This document shows, piece by piece, positions 16,781 through 21,468 of a stretch of DNA of 21,468 nucleotides. This stretch comes from Armatimonadota bacterium. Lineage in GTDB: Bacteria; Sysuimicrobiota; Sysuimicrobiia; Sysuimicrobiales; Humicultoraceae. The stretch lies in contig JBBIJB010000038.1 in assembly GCA_037446215.1 (NCBI GenBank), positions 1 to 21,468 of the forward strand, read 5' to 3'. The position numbers were made by a program, and so were the translations under genes. The number at the start of each line of letters is the position of its first letter. The first letter of the stretch is position 1. The notes beneath the pieces were generated by a model. The model saw nothing but the letters and a program-made list of their open reading frames with translations, was not told the origin of the DNA and searched no databases.

Positions 16781-17965
16781 CTAGGAGCGGCGCCTCAACA
16801 TGGCGACGGCCTGCGCGCCTATCCCCTCGCGGCGGCCGATCGCGCCCATTCCCTCAGTGGTCGTCGCCTTTACTCCTATGCGGGAGGGATCGACGCCGAC
16901 CGCACCGGAGATCCTCCGGCGCATCTCGTCGATGTACGGAGCCATCCGGGGCGCCTCCGCCACGATGACCGCGTCCACGTTGGAGACCCTCCACCCCTGG
17001 CGTCCCAGCCTCCCAGAGATCGCGGAAAGCAGGGCGATGCTGTCGGCTCCTCGATAGTTGGGATCCCCGGGGGGAAATTGGTGGCCGATATCCTGCTCTC
17101 CCGCGGCCCCGAGCAGCGCATCCCCGATCGCGTGCGCGAGCACGTCGGCATCGGAGTGACCTGACAGCCCCCTGGGGTGAGGGATCGTAGCGCCGCCGAC
17201 GGTGAGCGTCCTGCCCGGCTCGAGCCGGTGGAAGTCATGGCCGATTCCGACGCGGACTTCCTCCTCGCCCGGGCCGCCCGCTATGCGCTCCGCCAGAACC
17301 AGGTCCTCCGGCGTGGTGATCTTGATGTTCGAGGGATCTCCGGGCACAACCGCCACGCTCTTGCCCAACCTCTCCACCAACTCGGCATCGTCCGTCGCCG
17401 GCGGTCCTCCCATGGCGGACCTGTAGGCCGCGCGCAGCAACCCCGCCTCGAAGCCCTGCGGCGTCTGAACCGCGTAGAGCCCGGCTCGTGGAGTGGTCCG
17501 TACGACGACCCGCCCGTCCGACTCCTTGAGGGTGTCTGCAACCGGAAGTGCCGGAACCGCCGCTCCCCACCGCCGGGTGGCTTCCAGCACCCGGCGCACG
17601 AGGTCGGGAGAGACGAACGGCCTCACCCCGTCGTGCACCAGGATCCACTCGACGGCCGGCAGGGCCTCGAGGCCTGATGCCACGGATGCCTGCCTGTTGG
17701 GTCCTCCCCCGACCACTTCGATGGCCCGACCGTTCATCCTCGCGGCCACCTCGTCCCTTCGGAGCGGGTCTACCACTAGGGCGATGTGGTCGATGAGCCC
17801 GGAACGCTCTAGTGCGGCCAGGGTCAGATCCAGGATGGTCTGCCCAGAGACCCTGAGGTAGGGCTTGGGAACCCCGGAGGGCAACCGCTCGCCCCTGCCG
17901 GCGGCGGCGACGACCGCGCCGACCCCGCCCCGCAAGGGCACGGGGCCCGCCTCGCCCCCGACCAT
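16781..17965 (-). CDS. ispDF: Bifunctional IspD/IspF (MEP cytidylyltransferase / MEcDP synthase)
   Basis: IspD motifs AAGRGER, RQASV, VHDGVRP, QTPQGF, TDD, NIKITTPEDL. IspF motifs GIGHDFH, HSDADVLAHAIGDALLGA, DIG, KATTTEGMG. Start is ATG 17965 or 17992. Confidence 0.96.
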   Translation of the reverse strand: MVGGEAGPVPLRGGVGAVVAAAGRGERLPSGVPKPYLRVSGQTILDLTLAALERSGLIDHIALVVDPLRRDEVAARMNGRAIEVVGGGPNRQASVASGLEALPAVEWILVHDGVRPFVSPDLVRRVLEATRRWGAAVPALPVADTLKESDGRVVVRTTPRAGLYAVQTPQGFEAGLLRAAYRSAMGGPPATDDAELVERLGKSVAVVPGDPSNIKITTPEDLVLAERIAGGPGEEEVRVGIGHDFHRLEPGRTLTVGGATIPHPRGLSGHSDADVLAHAIGDALLGAAGEQDIGHQFPPGDPNYRGADSIALLSAISGRLGRQGWRVSNVDAVIVAEAPRMAPYIDEMRRRISGAVGVDPSRIGVKATTTEGMGAIGRREGIGAQAVAMLRRRS

Positions 17966-17966
17966 C

Positions 17967-19052
17967 CTACTGCCGGTCGGCGGGCGCGGCATCGTCGCCC
18001 CCGCCCGCCGCGATCCGGGAGAAGACCATCCTCCCGGCCGATGTCTGCAGCACGCTCGAGACCACCACCCCGACTACCTCGCCGATGTACCGCCTTGCCC
18101 CCTCCACCACTACCATCGTCCCGTCCTCGAGGTAGCCCACCCCCTGGCCGACCTCCTTGCCATCGCGGACGATGTGTACCGACAACTCCTCACCGGGCAG
18201 GACCGCGGAGCGGAGCGCCTGAGCGAGCATGTTCACGTTCAGCGACCTGACTCCCTGGAGCTCGGCTATCTTGCCCAGGTTCAGATCGGTCGTTACGATC
18301 CAGGCCCGCCTCGACCTTGCAAGCGCCACCAGCTGGGCGTCCACGTCAGTCCCGACCGGCGAATCCTCCAGGATCTGCACGGAGGCCAGCTCCCGCTGGA
18401 TCCTGCCCAGCACATCAAGCCCCCTGCGCCCCCTGCCGCGCCTGATGGGATCCCCGGAGTCGGCGATACGCTGCAGCTCGCTCAGCACCGTTCTCGGCAC
18501 GAGCAGCGGCCCCTCCAGGAATCCGCAGAGCCCTATCTCGGCTATCCGGCCGTCGATGATGGCGCTGGTGTCCAGTACCTTTGGAGTGGCGCCCGTGGCC
18601 CTCGCGCCCGCTCTGGCCCCGGTGCCCGGTCCCGGCACCATCGCGACCGCTTCGTCGCGACGTTGGAGCGCCACGTTGAGCCCCAGGTATCCAAAGACCA
18701 GCGCGAGCACAGGCCGCACGTACGGACCGACCAGGGGCAGGCCTTCGAGGAGGTAGCCAACGACGAATGCAAACAGGAGGCCGGCCCCCAGCCCCAGCAG
18801 CGCCAAGACGAGGTCGCGGAGCGAGATCGAGGAGAGACCGTGCAGGACCCACGCCATCGCCCTGACGAACCCGCTCCCGATCGCGGGCGCGATGATGAGC
18901 CCGAGCAGGCCGCCGACGACGATGCCTATGATCTGGGCACGGAAGTCGCCCCCGCCCAGGGAGGGTGCCCACTCGGAGGCGAGATCCGCAACCTGATAGC
19001 CGAGGAGCCCTCCCAGCAGGACCCCGAAACCCCTGAGTACGCTGTTTCGCAT
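17967..19052 (-). CDS. Membrane-anchored PIN/TRAM domain protein (YacL-like)
   Basis: About 4 TM helices, PIN motifs VLDTSAIIDGRI, ELQ.IADS, RGRRGLD.L, TTDLNL, and TRAM motif QGVGYLEDGTMVVVE...QTSAGRMVF. Start set at ATG 19052 (361 aa). Confidence 0.93.
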   Translation of the reverse strand: MRNSVLRGFGVLLGGLLGYQVADLASEWAPSLGGGDFRAQIIGIVVGGLLGLIIAPAIGSGFVRAMAWVLHGLSSISLRDLVLALLGLGAGLLFAFVVGYLLEGLPLVGPYVRPVLALVFGYLGLNVALQRRDEAVAMVPGPGTGARAGARATGATPKVLDTSAIIDGRIAEIGLCGFLEGPLLVPRTVLSELQRIADSGDPIRRGRGRRGLDVLGRIQRELASVQILEDSPVGTDVDAQLVALARSRRAWIVTTDLNLGKIAELQGVRSLNVNMLAQALRSAVLPGEELSVHIVRDGKEVGQGVGYLEDGTMVVVEGARRYIGEVVGVVVSSVLQTSAGRMVFSRIAAGGGDDAAPADRQ

Positions 19053-19095
19053 CCCTCGAGTCCGAGTGGAGCCGTGTCCTGCCACCTTCGCGCCG

Positions 19096-19106
19096 AGTAT
19101 ACCACA
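19096..19106 (-). promoter_or_regulatory. Extended -10 promoter for PIN/TRAM-ispDF-cysS operon
   Basis: Minus strand reads TGTGGTATACT (TRTG-n-TATACT), about 43 nt upstream of ATG 19052. Confidence 0.65.
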
Positions 19107-19134
19107 ACCCTTGCTGGGACCGGCGCGGCCCGAA

Positions 19135-19164
19135 TTGACAGGGTGTCGTACCGGTCCATATAAT
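19135..19164 (+). promoter_or_regulatory. Consensus sigma70/sigmaA promoter
   Basis: TTGACA (19135-19140), 18 nt spacer, TATAAT (19159-19164). Confidence 0.85.
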
Positions 19165-19213
19165 CGCGGTGCAGTGCACGCGATCCGCGGGTGCACGGCG
19201 AGGTGAGCGCGGC

Positions 19214-19609
19214 GTGGCTGAGCTTCGCAACGAGACCTTCCAGCGCACGGTGAGCGAGTATCTGATCCGGCACCGCAGCATCCTCGACGTCCAGAGCAAG
19301 CTCGGAGAGGCGGCGGCCCGTGTCAACCGTGCGATAAGCAAGTCCGTGACGGCCTGCGGCTGCATCTCGATCAATGCGGAGAAGCAGCGGTTCCCCTCCG
19401 ACATCAGCATGACGGAGGTCCGCACGCTGATGCAGACCCACCTCACCGGGGATCTCTGCGAGAGGTGTCGCGAGGTCGTGGAGAGCGAGATCGGGATGCT
19501 GCTGTTCTACCTGGCAGCCACCTGCGGCCTGCTTGGACTCGACCTGGAGGCCACGCAGCGCAAGGAGCATGACAGGGTGGCCACGCTGGGGGTCTTCCAC
19601 CTCACCTGA
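19214..19609 (+). CDS. Conserved hypothetical Cys-rich protein with MazG-like (all-alpha NTP-PPase) features
   Basis: GTG 19214 after a GAGGTG RBS; 131 aa. Contains CGC and CERC motifs and EIGMLLFYLAATC.LLGLDL. Similar ORFs near radA/yacL in Clostridia are recalled, not searched. Confidence 0.8.
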   Translation: MAELRNETFQRTVSEYLIRHRSILDVQSKLGEAAARVNRAISKSVTACGCISINAEKQRFPSDISMTEVRTLMQTHLTGDLCERCREVVESEIGMLLFYLAATCGLLGLDLEATQRKEHDRVATLGVFHLT

Positions 19610-19626
19610 GACGCCTACAGGCGGCT

Positions 19627-20994
19627 CTAGCCCTGCCCTTGGCCGCGCCGATCGAGCAGCGCCCGAACCGCCGCGGCCACGTCCTCGACGGGAACGTACT
19701 CGATCACCCCTGATCGCCCCACGGCCTCGGCCCGGGGCCCTACGGCCCGTGAGAACCCCATCCGCGAGGCTTCCAAGAGGCGCCGCTCCATCTGCGACAC
19801 CGTGCGAACCTCACCCGCCAGCCCAACCTCTCCTACCGCGACGGCGCGCGGGTCGACCGGGCGATCGCGCAGGCTACTGGCCACGGCGACCGCGATCCCT
19901 AGGTCGGCCGCCGGCTCGCTCACGCCCATCCCGCCGGCAACGCTGACGTAGACGTCTTGAGAGGCGAGTTGCAGCCCTGCGCGGCGCTCGAGCACTGCGA
20001 GCAGCAAAAGGAGTCGGTTGTAGTCCACGCCGGCTGCCGTGCGCCGCGGCATCCCGAAGTGCGATGGGCTGACGAGCGCCTGGATCTCCACGAGGAGCGG
20101 ACGGGTGCCCTCGACCGTGCACACGACCGCCGAGCCAGGCGCAGCCTCCGGCCTCCCCGAGAGGAAGGCCGCGGAGGGATTCGGTACCTCCACCAGGCCG
20201 GAGGACCCCATCTCGAAGACCCCGATCTCGTTCGTGGAGCCGAATCTGTTCTTCGTGGCCCGCAGCACCCGGTACGCGTGGTGTCTGTCGCCCTCGAAGT
20301 AGAGAACAGTGTCCACCAGGTGTTCGAGCACCCGAGGCCCGGCGATCGCGCCCTCTTTCGTGACGTGGCCGACCAGGAATGCGGCGGCGCCGCTCTCCTT
20401 GGCATGGCGGACCAGCGCGGCCGTGCACTCCCTTACCTGGCCGACGCTCCCGGGCGCGGAGGGAACATCTGAGCGGAAGACCGTCTGGATCGAGTCCACG
20501 ATCAGGAGGTCCGGCTTCTGGCGGGCAGCCGCCTCTATCACCGCGTCCAGGTCGCTCTCGGCGAGCAGGTAGAGGGTGCGGGCACCCGCGCCCAGCCGGT
20601 CTGCCCGGAGCCTGGTCTGGCGGACCGACTCCTCGGCACTGACGTAGAGGACGCGGCGGCCAGCCCCTGCCACGGCCTCCGCCATCTGGAGGAGCAGCGT
20701 AGACTTGCCGATGCCCGGGTCGCCGCCCACGAGCACAGCCGATCCGGCGACCACGCCTCCTCCCAGAACACGGTCGAGCTCCGCGAGCCCGGTGGTCAGC
20801 CGTTCCTCGACCGCGACCTCAGCCTCGACCAGCGGCACCGGCTCTGCCGGCTTTCGTCCACGGGAGGCGCGGTGCGCGGTCTCGATCTCCTCGACGAGCG
20901 TACCCCAGGCGTCGCAACCAGGGCAGCGGCCGAGCCACTTGGCCGAGGCGTGCCCGCACTGCTGGCACATGTAGCGCACACGGCTGCGATCCAA
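19627..20994 (-). CDS. radA: DNA repair protein RadA/Sms
   Basis: C4 zinc finger CQQC...CPGC, Walker A GDPGIGKS, IVDSIQT, KNRFG and a Lon-like C-terminus. TTG 20994 after GGGGGGTG gives 455 aa. Confidence 0.97.
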   Translation of the reverse strand: MDRSRVRYMCQQCGHASAKWLGRCPGCDAWGTLVEEIETAHRASRGRKPAEPVPLVEAEVAVEERLTTGLAELDRVLGGGVVAGSAVLVGGDPGIGKSTLLLQMAEAVAGAGRRVLYVSAEESVRQTRLRADRLGAGARTLYLLAESDLDAVIEAAARQKPDLLIVDSIQTVFRSDVPSAPGSVGQVRECTAALVRHAKESGAAAFLVGHVTKEGAIAGPRVLEHLVDTVLYFEGDRHHAYRVLRATKNRFGSTNEIGVFEMGSSGLVEVPNPSAAFLSGRPEAAPGSAVVCTVEGTRPLLVEIQALVSPSHFGMPRRTAAGVDYNRLLLLLAVLERRAGLQLASQDVYVSVAGGMGVSEPAADLGIAVAVASSLRDRPVDPRAVAVGEVGLAGEVRTVSQMERRLLEASRMGFSRAVGPRAEAVGRSGVIEYVPVEDVAAAVRALLDRRGQGQG

Positions 20995-21040
20995 GGTGAC
21001 ACCCCCCCGGTGGGGCCGGCCTGATCCCGCAGCCACGCGC

Positions 21041-21466
21041 CTACTCGGCCAGCGCGGGCTCCCGCTTCCGTTCGAAGACGATCGACCCTTCCCGGGCTTC
21101 GGCCACCACGACGTCACCCGTGGCGAACCTCCCCCGCAGTAGCTCGTCGCTCAGCGGATCCTCGACCATCCTCTGTATCGCCCGTCGCAGCGGCCTCGCC
21201 CCGAATGCGGGGTCGAAGCCGGCGCGGGCCAGCAGCGAGACCGCCGCATCGGTCAGCGAGAGGTCCATTCCCTGCCCCCGCAGCTCCCGCCTCACACGCT
21301 CCACCAGGATCCTGGCGATCTGCTCGATCTGCTCTCCGGTCAGCGGCCTGAAGACCGTTATCTCGTCCAGCCTGTTGAGGAACTCGGGGCGGAAGGTCCG
21401 GCGCAGCTCCTCCATGACGTGGTCGCGCATCCGCTGGAAGATGTGCTCCCGGTCGGCCGCCTCGTC
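21041..21466 (-). CDS. clpC: Clp/Hsp100 ATPase C-terminal fragment (ClpC by context), 5' part outside window
   Basis: FRPEFLNRLDE and GFDPAFGARPLRRAIQ motifs; frame open to the window edge; directly upstream of radA. Confidence 0.88.
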   Translation of the reverse strand, partial: DEAADREHIFQRMRDHVMEELRRTFRPEFLNRLDEITVFRPLTGEQIEQIARILVERVRRELRGQGMDLSLTDAAVSLLARAGFDPAFGARPLRRAIQRMVEDPLSDELLRGRFATGDVVVAEAREGSIVFERKREPALAE

Positions 21467-21468
21467 GC

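Overview
High-GC bacterial chromosomal window of mostly core genes, nearly all on the minus strand. In transcription order: clpC (3' fragment, cut by the window edge), radA, [a Cys-rich MazG-like ORF on the + strand], PIN/TRAM (YacL-like), ispDF, a small DUF6504-like ORF, cysS, rlmB/TrmH, VanW-family, pheS, pheT, cvpA, polX-PHP, an alkaline-phosphatase-superfamily metalloenzyme, mutS2, tyrS, an M20 amidohydrolase, tRNA-Ile(GAT) and a cupin. These converge on the 3' part of a hotdog-fold thioesterase. The order joins two clusters familiar from Firmicutes/Terrabacteria (clpC-radA-ispDF-cysS-rlmB and pheST-cvpA-polX-mutS2). I see no mobile element, CRISPR array, defence island or clearly new multi-gene system. 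The most notable oddities are: a CysRS whose KMSKS motif reads EMHRH, a PheT lacking the B2 domain, an uncharacterised metalloenzyme coupled to mutS2 behind an apparently leaderless promoter, and a degenerate MazG-like Cys-rich protein behind a perfect consensus promoter. All family calls come from motif recognition by eye; no searches were run.
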